Below, piece after piece: positions 25,090 to 38,761 of a stretch of DNA of 64,000 nt. This DNA comes from Chlorokybus atmophyticus. Its lineage: Eukaryota > Plantae > Mesostigma and Chlorokybus algae. A program made the position numbers and the translations under genes. The stretch is taken from NCBI GenBank assembly GCA_009103225.1, contig RHPI01003156.1, positions 288,537 to 352,536 on the forward strand, in the 5' to 3' direction. Position 1 is the stretch's first letter; each line of letters begins with the position of its first letter. Under the pieces are notes generated by a model. That model worked only from the letters and a program-made list of their open reading frames with translations, was not told the origin of the DNA and did no database searches.

Positions 25090-25625
25090 CACATGAATGA
25101 GGCATGGCAAATCACGCATCGCTTATGAGTTTGCAGCATGCGGCTGCGCAATGTGCTATATATGTACACACATACTCACACATGCGCGTGTGCAGGCTAT
25201 GCACCGTTGCAACGCAGCTGCAAATGGTATTGACAAATTGCAGCTGACGTGATGTGTAATTACTTGCTTGCCGGCTGTGAAGAAGCACTACTAGGCCACA
25301 AGTCTCATTGGCAGCAAGGTGCGTGCAACATCTGCTCAGGGCTCTATCTCTGACAAATGCGTTTTTGTGTAACTGCCCATGCGCATGCATATATATACAC
25401 AGCTGCACAGCTCTGCAGACGCAAGCACGCATGCATGCACGCACGCACACATGAACACGCATGCACAGCCGCACACCAATACACAGCGCCGCAAATGCAC
25501 GCATGCACGTGCACATGAACACGCATGCATGCACAGTCGCACACCATTGCACAGCTCTACTAACGCGCGCGCGCGCACACACGCTCGCATAATCCTGCAC
25601 AATGACATGTGCCCAGGCCCTGCAA
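25090..25625. repeat. CA/TG-rich low-complexity degenerate repeat (gcacgcatgcac units)
   Basis: Repeated gcac/acac/catgc units, similar to intron sequence elsewhere in the window. Confidence 0.6.
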
Positions 25626-25744
25626 TGTGAACGATGCGACAAGCTGGATATCTAGGGGATGGGTCATAAGTAGTGTGTATAGTTTTGCTAGGCATAGAGT
25701 TGTGTTTTCTTTTGCTGGTTGTATTCAAATTAATGCATCCATTT

Positions 25745-26116
25745 CCGTTGATATTTTTGTTCTTGCAACGGTTGATGCGGACTAGATCTGGTCTGCTGCG
25801 CATGCATATTCTCTCACACGCATGGCCAATGTTTACACATGCAATTCGGACCATATATAGTCCACAAGTTTGGTTACATGTATGGACCAATCTGGTTGAT
25901 GTTTGCATAAATTTTTTGGTTCAGACATGGTCCATACAACCTCATGTAAACTGGCCACCATGCCTGGTCCGTACCAAGCGACATGGGGACCTATGATGTG
26001 AAATTTGTACCATGCATGGTCCGACTGTTTATGGAAAACGGACCATTCATGGTCTGCAAATTGCATTTAGCAGGGGAAATCCCGGCCCGACGGCACAGAC
26101 CATTCATAGTCCTTGA
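25745..26116 (+). mobile_element. Non-autonomous element / MITE-like, copy A (GGACCAT-n2-ATGGTCC motif family)
   Basis: Colinear similarity to 34922-35292, with a shared right end CGGCAC(A/G)GACCATTC(A/C)TAGTCCTTGA. Left boundary uncertain. Confidence 0.6.
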
Positions 26117-27228
26117 ATAATAACCAGGCGGTGTGATAATGATGTTGTCACTTAAACACCCGGGTGATCCCAAACTTGATGATGTGTGCGTAAGTAAACA
26201 TCAAATGTGTTGTAGCATGTACCCATGCTGATGCAAAGTTGATAGCTGCAATATGCTTAATAAAGCATGTTATTACCCTAGGATTTTATAATTACTCATC
26301 GGGTTGTGATGTGCTGTAGATTTACTATGACTTGGATATTGTCAGGGTGCCCCACCGTAAACCAATAAATTTTAACATCAATTGTTTTGGCTTAGACTTT
26401 TGAATTCTACTTTTGCCATGTATGGCACGAGTATGAATTAATATATAATGCAATTGGCAACCTGACCAATAGAGTAAAATCTTTATATTAGATTAAATAC
26501 AAGTATTGAAATTGGCATAGTAGCCATCCTGATGTTTTCAAACCGATGCAAGCTAGGCACTTAACTTTGTTCATTTGTGAGAAGGAGTATCAATGTGGCT
26601 GTTGAATGTATGGTAACGAATATGTGATGCAAGCATTCAACATGTCATATAAGTGGCTTATGTGATGCGCAAATTGTTCTTCAAGCAATGTCAAATATAA
26701 CATCCATATGAATGTGCTTGATTTTACATTTTTACCATCACGTCAGCTTTACATTAACTTATCATCTTCAAATGATTTCGCACCGTAATTGTGATAAAAC
26801 AATTTGATAATTGATAGAGCTTTTTTTGCATCAAATCATTATGCTCACTGCAAGTTCAGCATATAGATTTCATGTTCCACATTTATTCCCGCAACGCGCA
26901 CGCATTGAAGAATGCGCGAATGATGATTAACTTCATCAATAGTGCATTTATATGAAAACTTATATATTACATCTTAGCGTCATTACATCTATATACGATG
27001 TTCTATTCATTAAAGAATTGTGATTTTGAAACAACACCTCATTAATGATCCACATGTAGAGGTTGTCAGAAAGCTTTATCACGGTACAGGTAGCAACATG
27101 CACGTCCACAGCCCACTAGAAAACCCGTCACAAGCGTGGCCCCCCCGCAAACAATCAATTGGGGGTGTTGTATCAGGGCTGCATTTTGCCCGTTGCCCGT
27201 TGCCCGAAAAGGGTTTACAAACATAGAG

Positions 27229-27319
<91 letters not shown>

Positions 27320-27320
27320 N
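27229..27320 (+). repeat. Poly-C tract (about 91 nt) ending in an N
   Basis: Homopolymer seen directly; the terminal N means the length is unreliable. Confidence 0.9.
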
Positions 27321-27506
27321 CTTGGACTGGAGCCCGCCTCGGAAAGCAGACCCGAGTCGTTTTGAAACGATTACCGGCGTTGCTGAAGCATCCAAACACG
27401 TGGCTAGTCAGAAGACGTTTGATTCAGGCTACAGTCTATTGAAGCAAGCAGGTGCAGTGAGGTGGGAGGGCGGCCATAGCCTCCGCAGCTGAGCCCCCGC
27501 CAAGTG

Positions 27507-27561
27507 AACCCCGCGTCATTTTCGCAGCTGGCGGCCATAGCTGCGAAAATGACGCGGGGTT
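27507..27561. repeat. Perfect inverted repeat, 23-bp arms, 9-nt loop
   Basis: AACCCCGCGTCATTTTCGCAGCT-ggcggccat-AGCTGCGAAAATGACGCGGGGTT. Confidence 0.95.
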
Positions 27562-28121
27562 TTCGGATTTCCTGATTTTCTCGGAACAGATTTTGCGATG
27601 CCATCAAAACCTACACTGTGCCGGACACGAACGGGATCACCCTTAGTATTCTCCTCCGGTTTTCGTGAGCTCACTTCACCGGTCATGTACCCTGCTGCAG
27701 GCCGGTGTTTACCACAGCCGGGCCAACTAGCAGATGCGGAGGCAACCGCTTCGGCGCCGCTGCCCGCCCGCGTATTTCCCGGCCAACGGCAGCGCGCACG
27801 GCCAACGGCAACAAAACCCATCAACGGAACACATCCAAAGTGCGCTTTTCGGCGCCTGACAGTGACGCGCGTTGCAGCCGGCCCTGTGAATCACAACTGG
27901 GCATTGCTTCCAAGTAATACCTTTCGCGAGCGAAACCCTAGAGAGGGGAGACTGTGAGGTGTGTTTGTTGCCGTGCATGCTGGTGCATTGTTTTGAGCTA
28001 AGGTTTGGGGTTGTCCTGCCTGGGGAGGTTGAGGAGGCTGAGGAGGTTGTTGGGTGCTGGGTGAGCAGCAGGGAGAGCCTCTTCGTCCTTGACCCGCCTC
28101 TTTTCCGCCTCGCCGGCTCCC

Positions 28122-29260
28122 ATGCCCGCCGACGTGGCCAAGAAGGGTAAGGCGGGCAGCATGGAGGAGAAGGAGGCCACCAAAGGCAAGAAGAAGGCCG
28201 AGGAAGAGGAGGCCGAGGATGTTGAGGACGACGAGGAGGACGTAGAAGAGGAGGAAGCCGAGGGCGAAGAGGGTGAGGAGGAGGAAGAGGGAGACGAGGA
28301 AGAGGTAAGCTGCCTGTTTGGGCGCATTGGCTGCTCTAACTTCTTGTCAAGTACCTCTTGTCTCCGAAGCAGTCTTGTTGTCTACAAGCGATTTGCCTGC
28401 ACAGCCGCTTGCCCTTCCTTATGCCTGCACATGTTGTCGTCGTCTTAACAGCCTTGCTGCTCATGCTCTGATGGAGTAGCGCAGTTGCCTGGCCACTGTG
28501 CCCCCCGGTTGGTTTGCATGCAAGCCGAAGCGTTTGACTTATTGCTGGTATGGCTGTCAGGGAGAAGAGGAGGAGGGTGAAGAGGAAGAGGAGGAGGGTG
28601 ATGAGGAAGAGGAAGAGGAGGCTGAGGGTGAAGAGGAGGAAGAGGAAGGCGTAGAAGAGGAGGACGACGAGGAGGGCGACGAGGAGGGCGACGAGGAAGA
28701 AGAGGACGAAGAAGAGGAAGAAGAGGAACAAGCGCCGCCAGCAAAGAAGAGGCAAGCTTTACCCGCTAAGGGCAACGGTCAACGGGCTGCTCATGTAGAC
28801 GTTCATGCATCCTCTGAAAAGGGCAAGCCCCCAAAGCGTCAACCCCGTGCCTCAGCATCAAAGCCACCGTCCGCTCGCAAGCGCTCACGTGCGCCAGCAG
28901 GCAGTTTGCCTTGTCAATCTCACATTCCCTGACAGTCAGAACTGTTTTGCCATACGAGTCTCACCTCAGTCCCTTCGTGGTTACGAGCGTGCTCTTGCAT
29001 AATGTGCAGTCCTTGCTGTGTGCTGGTGGCTGATACGATAAAGCATTGTGCTGCTCATGTTTCTTGAAGTGTAGCAGGTTACTCATTCCTTGTGTTGTGC
29101 AGGAAATGAAGATGAGGCAGGTGCAGACACCGTAGCAGGCTTGTCAGGAGACGAGGTGGACCCACACTTAATAATACCTGGAGGGCGCCGCGCACGCAGA
29201 ACACGCCCCACGGCTGTTCGGTACGAGTTCACCGGCAATGAGTCTGACGATGACGACTGA
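28122..29260 (+). CDS. Small, highly acidic protein with a C-terminal CHZ-like motif (putative H2A.Z/H2B histone chaperone), 3 exons, about 226 aa
   Basis: Exons 28122-28304, 28561-28900, 29103-29260 join in frame (681 nt). Long E/D tract, then basic NLS-like PPAKKRQ and ARKRSR, then LSGDEVDPHLIIPGGRRARR, resembling the CHZ motif (EEIDpSNII.gGRRTR). The intron 2 donor is either GC or a GT 4 nt downstream. Confidence 0.62.
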
Positions 29261-30080
29261 AGTCTGGTGGGCCTTTGCCACAATGCCTTCGATGGCTTCT
29301 GTTTCAGCTGTCGTTTGGCAGCCCGGTCAGGTGGTGTTGGCACGTTCGCTAGGGCTCGCCCTTGTGTGCTGCAAGTCTGTCTGTAGGTGCTTAGCCTTTT
29401 TGTTGGATATTTAAGTTAGTGTCTGCAGACGGCTGCCTGTTTGCTAGCCACAACATACTGCACAATGTTGCTATAGGCACTCTGTGTTGTCAACAAATTG
29501 GTTGATTGCGCATATGGCATGGCTGGTCAAGGTCTTGTGCATGCTTTTGCCCTGAGTATCACACCTTGCTGCTTTTGTCCATGCACTCGGTATCTTAGTA
29601 GGTATGGCCACAACTTCCTGTTGTGGAGCATGTCGTAAGTCTGACATCTAGCCTTGTATCTGCAGAGATGAACATTGTTGATGTGGACCTGATACAAGCA
29701 TCCTTGTAGGTGACATGTTGTCATGGTTGGCGGATCACCAATGTAATGCTGCACACAATTTGTGCCTCTTGCATTCCTACAGACGTTTGAAATTCAATTT
29801 TAAGTTAATCGGTATGCAAGGTTTTGTTTTCATCATTAAACTTATGGCGGAACTACAATTTGGATGGTATCAATACCACTGCTGTACGTGCATAAAGCTT
29901 GTTATTGCTAAGCTTTTAAGGTTGTTAATGTTAAAGGTATTCAACTTTGTCGGCGTCTCATTTACTTCTCTAATCCAGTCATTATCAACTATGTCAATGC
30001 ATTGCGTACAGATAATGCTAGAGGGGTATGCCCATTCAGACCACATCACGCATGCAACACTCTAAAGAACACACTCACCT

Positions 30081-30712
30081 CGTTGCTACATACGCGACCA
30101 CCGGGCTACCTACTCTACTCCTACACCTACATCTACGCCCCCCTGTTCGTCGTGCATAAGTTGCAATCGGTTACCTGCACCAGCGCCACGTGGTTAGCGG
30201 CCCATTTGCAGCAGCAGCAGCGATCACAACAGCAGCAGGACTTGGACTCCCCTTCCCTCCTCCCTTCCCTGCACCCTCCCTTCCGCCGTCTTGACGTTCT
30301 GCCGTCTGCTTGCCCGCAACTGCGTCGCTGCAGCCAGGGTTTGGGTTTGCGCCCATTGGCGCACAGCATGCAGTCCGTGTTCACTGGAGCTATTGCATGC
30401 AACCATGCACAGCATACAACATACACACGCAATGGTTGAGCTTGTGCAAGCTACACCGCTAGAGAACTGTCTCGAGAGTAGACTGTACTGATAGGACGCG
30501 GGCTACATCGGCTCTAAGCCCTGACTCGGGTCTTACCAGAAAGACCAGCCCGGACTGTGCCAGTCCTAACTGCATGCAGCCTATACACAACTGCAGTGTA
30601 AAGTAGCTTATATGACGTCACTAGATAAGCTACTCGGAGTCCCTATAGACAAGCTGACTGCATACAAGTTATGAGAGTCATAAACCATACATAACATGAT
30701 CTATTCTCAACA
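30081..30712 (-). mobile_element. 3-prime LTR of the Ty1/copia element
   Basis: On the minus strand, PPT-like GCGTGGGAG is followed by TGTTGAGAA starting at 30712, just after the RNase H end. The distal boundary (~30081, ...GCAACG) is inferred. Confidence 0.55.
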
Positions 30713-30759
30713 CTCCCACGCAGGCAGCTTTGCTAGCTTCTCGCTCCAAATCTTCAAGT

Positions 30760-33700
30760 TTTCGCTTCAACTTCAACGCCAAGTCCTTCACAGCATGTCT
30801 TGAACTTCGCAGTAGACAATGTTTTGGTCATGCAGTCACCCAGCAATGTTTTCGGTCATGCATAATAAATAAACTCCAACTCTCCTCTCGCCACTCTGTC
30901 TTTCACAAAGTGATGATGCACATCAATGCGCTTGCTCCTTGCTGAGAGGATTGGATTTTTCAGTAACTTCAGAGCTCCCTGATTGTCACAGTAGATCTTC
31001 ACTCTCTCTAGAGGGTGCCCAAGATCCGCCATAAGTTTCCTAAGCCAAAGTCCTTCCTTTGCAGCTGAAACAGATGCCATGTACTCTGCTTCTGTAGTGG
31101 GTGCAGCCACAGTAGTTTGCAACTTGCTGTTCCAGCTGACCACCCCACCACCAAGCTTGTACACATAGCCAGTAATTGACCTTCGTGTATGCAACATCAC
31201 CAGCGTAGCCCTGCAGTTATACACTGCTCTGGCCATGTTTGATGCCCATTGCCGCTGTTGTTGATAGATATCGCAGCACTCCCTTTGTTGACAACCAATG
31301 CTGCATCGTCGGGGCTGACATGTAGCGTGCTAAATGTCCCACAGCATGTGCAATGTCTGGTCTTGATGCCACTGACATGTAGAGAAGACTTCCAATAAAT
31401 CTCACAGTAGGGATACCTCTGCTTATCTAACTCCTCATCACTGTCTCCGGCTCTGACCAATTGAGCTCCCATGCTCAGGGGTACCTCTCTGATTTTTGCG
31501 TTATCCAAACCAAACTTTGCCATCAATTGCTTTACCATCTGCTCCTGAATGATGTGGATGATTCCGGAAGCCCAGTTCCTTGTGACAACTATACTGAAGA
31601 AGTGCATGGTCTCGCCCAGATGTCTGCACTTAAACGCAGTCTTCAACTGAGTCTTTGCTCGCTGAACGTCTGACATTACTGCTGCCGCAATCAGGATGTC
31701 ATTCACGTACACCAACAACCACATCCTCTTGTTCCCGTGATGGAACAAGCTAGGATCAACCGAACTTGCAGTTAAGCCTTGTTTTCTCCAGCTCTTCCTC
31801 GCAAAGTCTCACATGCCACACTCTTGGTGCTTGCTTCAGCCCGTACAATGGCTGCATGCAATACCAGGTGGTCCCTCCTGATACCCTTTTGGTTGCTGCA
31901 TGTAGATCTCCTCCTCCAGCTCACCATACAGAAAGGCTGTCTTGACATCAAGGTAGTGAAACTCCATGTTGTCCACAGCAACAACTGCCACCATAGCTCT
32001 GAAAGTTGCCGACTTCTCAGCTGGAGCAAATACCTCATTGAAGTCAACTTCTGGCTGATGCAAAAATCCCTTGCCAACGAGCCTGGCCTTGTATCTCTTA
32101 ATGTTGCCATGACCATCTCTCTTCACCTTATACACCCACTTGACAGGGATGGGCTTCGTTCCTTGGGGTGGAACCTCTAGCTCCCATGTATCGTTGGCAT
32201 GCAGCGACGCAGCTTTTTCATCCATTGCCTAGCGCTATTGCTCCAAATCAGCTGCTTGCAGTGCTTCTTTATACATTGCAGCCTCCGTTTCTTGTACATC
32301 GGAACTTGCCAAAAATGACGGCATATTAAACCAATCACACTGATTCCTCTCTAAATATGCTCGCTAGTTGCTTTGTTGCTGACCATGCTGCTGATGATGT
32401 CTCTGTCCACCATCTACTGCAGCACTGCTCCTTCCTTGAGGGTCGAGCTCCCCTTCCTCAGACTCAGTATCACTTCTAGCCCAATAAGGCACAGTGTCTT
32501 CAGTGCTGTATTCAAGGCGATGCTGACCTTCATCTTTATCATCAGAGCTCCTGTCTTCATCACAAGAACTGTTACTGTGATCAGGGCTCTTCTGCTGCTG
32601 TGCTCCCACGCCTTCATGGAAGACGACATCTTTACTAGTTATGATCTTTTTGGTCTCGTCCACCAACACTCTGTATGCCTTTGAGTCCGGTTCATACCCA
32701 AAGAAAATACCCTTCTGGCTAACATGATTCAGCTTTTTCCTTTTGTGCTTGGGTACTAGCACATACGCAGTGCAGCCAAACAACCGCATATTGCTTACAT
32801 CAGGAGCATGCTTATGAAACAGCTCCCACGGAGTCTTTGCCAAAGCACGTATAGGTGACCTGCTCCTGATGTAATTGGCTGTCAGGACTGTTAGCATAAG
32901 CATGTCTTGCACACTGCTCAGTCCAGTCAGCTTGTGAATTGGCTAAGGCATGAGCCTTAGAGATACTGCTACTGGTGTGAGCTGATATCGATCAGTCATG
33001 AGTCTGTAGCAGACATCGAGTCCACTACGCGGAGTATGACCAAGCAGGAGACTTCGGACTTGCTCATGAGGCTGGCGCAGCCTGACGCAGCAAACGCCTT
33101 GGGAGAACGGCGAGAACTCCGCGTATACTTAGCCTTCAAAGGCGTGGCTTAGCTTGTTGGAAAGCTTTGGCTGTAAGCTAGACAACTAAGCTTACATATT
33201 GGCAATCAGCTGAGTATAGCTCACGCGGTGCTTGCTAAAGTAGACATGTGTAGTCTGGCTGGTATAAAAGGCCAGCAAAACTAACATGTTGTTGGTTCGG
33301 GTGAAACCCCTTTGCAAGCCTTGTGTGCACGCCTTGTGTGTATGATCTAGTGCATGTGTATGCTGTAGTTGGCCAGCGCTAGTTCAGTGTTCAACAAGGA
33401 CCGCCTCTGCCCACCAGCAATACTCCAGCTTGGCATCACTGATCATCGCTCTCACTCTCTCCATCAAAGTTAAGTTGAGCCTCTCTACTGCGCCATTTTG
33501 CTGGGGAGTGTAAGGAGCAGTTGTCTGATGAACAATGCCTTGTGCAGACCAGAAGGATGCCAACTCCTTGTTCAGAAATTCTCCTCCCCTATCACTGCGC
33601 ATTGTCTTCACACTGTGCCCTGATTGCGTCTTCATCCAGAGCAATACCTCCTTCACCACAGCTGGTATATCAGTCTTCAACTTCACAGGACGCACAATGG

Positions 33701-34921
33701 ACAGCTTTGAAAAATTTTCAAGGAAGGTGATAATGTACGCAGCTCCCCCCATTGACTTTTTAGACAATGGACCACACACATCTGTGTGCACTAGCTGTCC
33801 CACGTGCTCGCTGACATTCTGAACTTGGAAACGGCTGCCTATGCATCTTAGACAACACACATGGCTCACACAACACTCCCCTGGCTTCCTTGACCTGCTG
33901 CCTAGTCACATTGATGCCTTTAACCAAATCTTCGGCAATCAGCCTCTTGAGGTTGTTATAGCCCAGATGACCATATCTTCTATGCCAAAGCTCAGCTGAT
34001 TCTGCCGTTGTAGTCACCAACACAGTATCAATCTCTACCTCTTGTATCTTACAGAGACCTCTCGGCTGTTCCCTTGCAGTCAATCAGAGCTTGCCATTAA
34101 ACTGCGACCAGCACTTGTCTCCTTCTCCAGAGCACTCCATACAGAGAAGAGGCTTGCCTGTACACCAGGTACATGGAGGACTGACTCCACCGTTTGTACA
34201 CTTTCTCCAACCTTGCACTGAAGCACAGCATTGCCTGTACCCTTCACATCCAGAGCATGTCCCAAGGCTTCCACCATGCTAGGTGTCACTTGAGCCTTGT
34301 ACTCGTGAAGTAGACCAGCATCAGAAGTCAGATGCTGAGTTCAGCTAAAATCGGACACCCACCCAGAACATTGCCTGCTTGTGAATGCTGTAAAGGCTAC
34401 TGCACCTCCACCACCATTGTTGTGCCCTCGAGAAGTATTGCCCCTCCCAGCCTTCTTCTCCTTCAGCTGCGGACAATCCCTCTTCAAATGACCTTCCTGC
34501 TTGCACTGGTAGCACTTGCCTTGAAAGAGCTTCGTCTTCTTCTGTTCTCCCTTGCCACCACCATTGCTGCCACCATAGTTGCTGTTGCTGGAGTTGCCCT
34601 TGCTGCTAGTTGCACCTCCACTAATTCTCCATCTCGCTGCATAGACACTGGCATCACCATCAGCATCGTCGCTTCTGATCTTTGACTTTGTCTTCAGCAG
34701 CACAGGCAGAATCTCACTCAGTTTCAACCTTGATGATGCACTCCTTCCTTCCAGCATGATGACCACAACTTTGTACTCTCTAGGCAGCCCGGACAGCACA
34801 CTCAAACACATATTATCCTCTGAGACTGTCTCTCCAACAGAGGTCAAATTATTCTTGAGCTGTTGTGCACGTCCTATATACTCTGTAACTGTTTCTAAAC
34901 TCAGCTTTCTCATACTATTGA
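30760..34921 (-). mobile_element. Decayed Ty1/copia retrotransposon (gag-PR-IN-RT-RH)
   Basis: Gag zinc knuckle CYQCKQEGHLKRDC, LWHRRYGHLG, integrase HTDVCGP / SDRGGEF / ERLNLTL, RT ANDTWEL...YKARLVGKG...DVKTAFLYG, RNase [16 protein letters not shown]...DNQGA. Domain order IN before RT; many stops and frameshifts; 5-prime end truncated. Confidence 0.95.
32889..33396. mobile_element. Solo LTR (508 bp) inserted in the copia integrase
   Basis: TGTT...AACA termini with AGGAC TSD on both sides. Removing it restores WAEAVL|TANY. Internally similar to 48254-48702. Confidence 0.92.
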
Positions 34922-35292
34922 ATGGTTGGGTGCGGACCAGACATGGTCTGCTCTGCATGCATACTTGCAAAAACCATGGATTTCACATGGACCAACCATT
35001 GATTTATGTGCACATGTTAAAAACGGACCATACATGGTCCGCACAGGTTCACACATGCATGGAGCAGCTTGGTCCGTGTTTGCATGAATAAGTAGGACTG
35101 CACATGGTCCGTACAACCTCATGAACTTGCGCACCAGCCATGGTGACTTTCGCACCATAGCTGGTGCGCAAGTTCATGAGGTTGGTGCGGACAATGGCTT
35201 CTTTGACGTGAAAGCCGGACCATACATGGTCCGTGGTTCACTTAGGAGGCTAAAATGCAAGTCCGGCGGCACGGACCATTCCTAGTCCTTGA
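34922..35292 (+). mobile_element. Non-autonomous element / MITE-like, copy B
   Basis: Two CGGACCATACATGGTCCG palindromes, a central long hairpin (35114-35184), and the same right end as copy A. Truncates the copia gag. Confidence 0.65.
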
Positions 35293-35308
35293 ACGTCAAT
35301 CGATGTGC

Positions 35309-35370
35309 TTCTTACTTACCACATAAGTAAGAAACCGAGAGTGACATAAGCCAGTCCTTTAGACGTGACA
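35309..35370 (+). repeat. 3-prime end fragment of an LTR family also present at 62993-63550
   Basis: TTCTTACTTACCAC...GACATAAGCCAGTCCTTTAGACGTGACA matches the reverse complement of 62993-63054. Confidence 0.8.
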
Positions 35371-35962
35371 TGCGGCTTCAGTCTCTCCGCATCAGTTTCA
35401 AGCTTGGTCGCGCAAATAGTGGCCTACTGCCTATAGACAAAGATGAGCAGCTTGAGTTGTACAAGCGTGGCTTGAATGCGCGTGTGCGCGAGCACCTGCA
35501 GTACAACACGTCAAACGGGATTTCCTTGGGTTCCGAAAGACTTGGCTGCAGAAGTTGAGCGTCTATTTGTACAATGATGGCACGGCGGTGCGGGATTTGT
35601 CACATACGGTCGCTGCGGCAGCTGCAGCCAAGCCGCAGGGGGTGGGAGGAAAGCGTAACCCTCAGCCAAGTGCACACACAGCAAAGAAGGCGAAGATATT
35701 CACGCCTTGAAAAGGGTGGCACATCTGCTGGTGGTGCTACACCTGCTGCGGCTCGCACTTGTTACGTCCAATTGCTTCAGATGCAAGCAGTAAGCTTGTT
35801 TAATGATTCTGTCCCAAGTGCACGTAATGACACATGCATGGCAAGCACATGACAAGTTGCCATTCTTTAATGTTGAAAAAATGGAAGAGAATGCTTGTGT
35901 GCTAGTTCATGTGGAATTCAACATGCTTACCGACTTGTATTTGTTTAATCCCAACAGAGATT

Positions 35963-36002
35963 GATCCTAAAAGCTTCCTGGCGACAGGAAGCTTTTAGGA
36001 TC
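35963..36002. repeat. Perfect inverted repeat, 18-bp arms, GCGA loop
   Basis: GATCCTAAAAGCTTCCTG-gcga-CAGGAAGCTTTTAGGATC. Confidence 0.95.
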
Positions 36003-36424
36003 GGCCGGCATGGACGGCCTGCGTGATGTGTCGACATCCTGACGATCGCCGTCCTCTCTTGCTCGCGGGGTCACAAGTTTCGTGGCGCAGGCGCGCCGCG
36101 GCTTCGTGCACCTGCGCACCGCATGGATACGTCCAATCGTCCTTCCTTTAGCCGTCGAGCTTGGGCCCCTCCAAGTCCACAGTGGGGGATCAACATTTGC
36201 TGACCAGCCCCCATCGATTAAATGCGTAGTACGGCTGCATAAGGCACCCCATGCAGTCGCGCAGTTTATAATTCATGAGCCACTGCGACTGGTCAGTTCC
36301 CCACGGCGTGGCCAAAAAATTGCCACTTTCCGTTATGTTGCATGCATTGCCTGAGTTGCAAGATAGGCATGGGACCCTGAGTATGGTGATGGTGCCAAAG
36401 TTTGGCCCATCGTTAAAGCATACT

Positions 36425-36739
<315 letters not shown>

Positions 36740-38761
36740 CTTTTAAAAACTGGTGGTACCTTTATTATAGACATTCAGTGGCCCAATGCAAGATGTAAAG
36801 TCGTTTTTTATTAACATATGTGCAACACATAACATGTTTGAGAAACAATGGGTTGTCCGCAACAAGATAGCAAGTAAACCCTCACCATTTTCAGCTGCCG
36901 GTGCGGGGGGTGCGTTGCCGGTGATAGGGGAAGTGAAGTTTGATAATTATCATGCCACTCTTGCAATTATAGTGTATCCATCGTTATACCCGGTGTTGAC
37001 GTGGTACCAGGATCGGAATGAGAGGAAAATGTTAAAATGATCGTAAATACTGTCGCACGGTGCACAGTGAAGAAAGGTCATAAGCGTGTAACATTGTCTG
37101 TGAAAGGGTAGCATAGCTTAGTGCAAAAGCAGCCCAACCCTGCGCTACTCACTGCAAGTGAAACGTGCGTTGCGCAAAAACACATCGGCTTCTATGATGC
37201 ACTTGACGTCGTCGGACGACTTTGTACTGGGCAAATATAAAAGGTGTGGCAGACATCATCGAAAAGTACCAAGATGTGTTTTTAAATGAGTTGCCAGGCT
37301 TACCTCCTGATTGAGGTGTCGGACACGCAATGCCTTTGATTCCTGATAGCGAGCCTTCATTTCAGCCATATGTAGGCTCAGCCTTAAAGACTGGGGGGAA
37401 ATGGAAGCTGAAATCAAGGAGTTACTGAAAAAGAGATTAATTGAATCGAGTACTTCACCTTTTGGCGCGCCCATCTTGTTTGTGATGAAAGAATGGAAAG
37501 TTGCGCATGTGTGGATTACCGTGCTTTAAACAAGATCACGTAAAGAATTGATATCCGTTACCCCAGATTGATGATGTATTTGATCAACCCCCGGGATGTG
37601 CGTACTTTGGTACGCTGGACTTGATAAGTGGGTTTCATTAGATCCGGAGTCATCCTTTTGATGTTTACAAAACAGCATTCAAAACACCTTTAAACCATCA
37701 ATCATAATAAGTGTTACCTTTTGCCTTGACGAATGCATCTGCAGTGTTAAAAAAGGAAATAAATAAGATCTTCGGTGGCACATTTAGCAAGGATGTGAAG
37801 GGTTACTTGGATGACATCATTGTATTCAGTAAAACCAAGGAAGAGCATAAGCAGCGCTTGGAAGCAGTGTTCACCTTGCTGCGTGCACATCGCTTGTTTG
37901 CCAATCTTGCGAATTTGTGACTTTTGTAAGATAGAGTTGCCATTCTTGGGGCACATCGTGAGCGGTGCGGGTGTGAAAACACGACCCTCGCAAAGTGCAA
38001 ATTGTAAGCAATTGGCCTTAATTTAAGCATATTCACTAGCTGCGATCATTCTTACTTTCACAAGTTTATGATGGGGTACTCCACAGTGGTGGTGCCTGAG
38101 AAAAAATTGGTGCAAATTGCTCCATTCTCGTGGACAGCTGAACAAAGTTGCTATGCAACAGGTGAAGCTTTGACTTTAGCTTCACGGTTGGCATTGCCGA
38201 ACTTTTGACAAGCAGTTTACTGTGGTTAGCGATGCGTCCACCCTTGTGTGGTGCAGTACTGTTGCAAGATGGCAGACCATACGCTTATTAAAGTAGAAAG
38301 TTCAGCCCCAGGAGAGGTGAACTACACTACCACTGAGCAAAAGTTGCTTGGTATAGTACATGCTTTTTCAACATGACGATGTTACTTGGAGGGGGTTCAG
38401 TTCACAGTGGTAACTGATCATAATTATTGCACCATTGCAATTGGTGTATTCCTCAGCGCAGCAAAACTTGTCATAAAGGCAAGCTCGCTAGATTGAGTTT
38501 CTGTCCCGGTTTACCCTTGATTGGGTATACCAGCAAGGGAGCACCAATGTTGCTAATCCTCTAAGGCGCTATTTGTTATTGTTGGCGGTTATGCGTGCAA
38601 AATTGCTTGCGACGTGCGGTACATTGCCACATGATGATGAACTTATGCAAGCTGTTGTGCAAAAGCTTAACAAACCAAACAACATGTAGTATATGGGCAC
38701 CGGTTTGGTCATACTAGACCAGCATGATGCTGAGTTGCGTGAAAAATGCGTAGCTAATGTA

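Noticed and set aside
27114-27127. CACTAGAAAACCCG as the left TIR of a CACTA element that captured the CHZ-like gene
   Set aside because: No matching right TIR with a GCC TSD was found in the window.
35282-35285. CTAG with a nearby GC hairpin as a Helitron 3-prime end
   Set aside because: Similarity between the two copies continues past this point (TCCTTGA), and copy A has ATAG instead.
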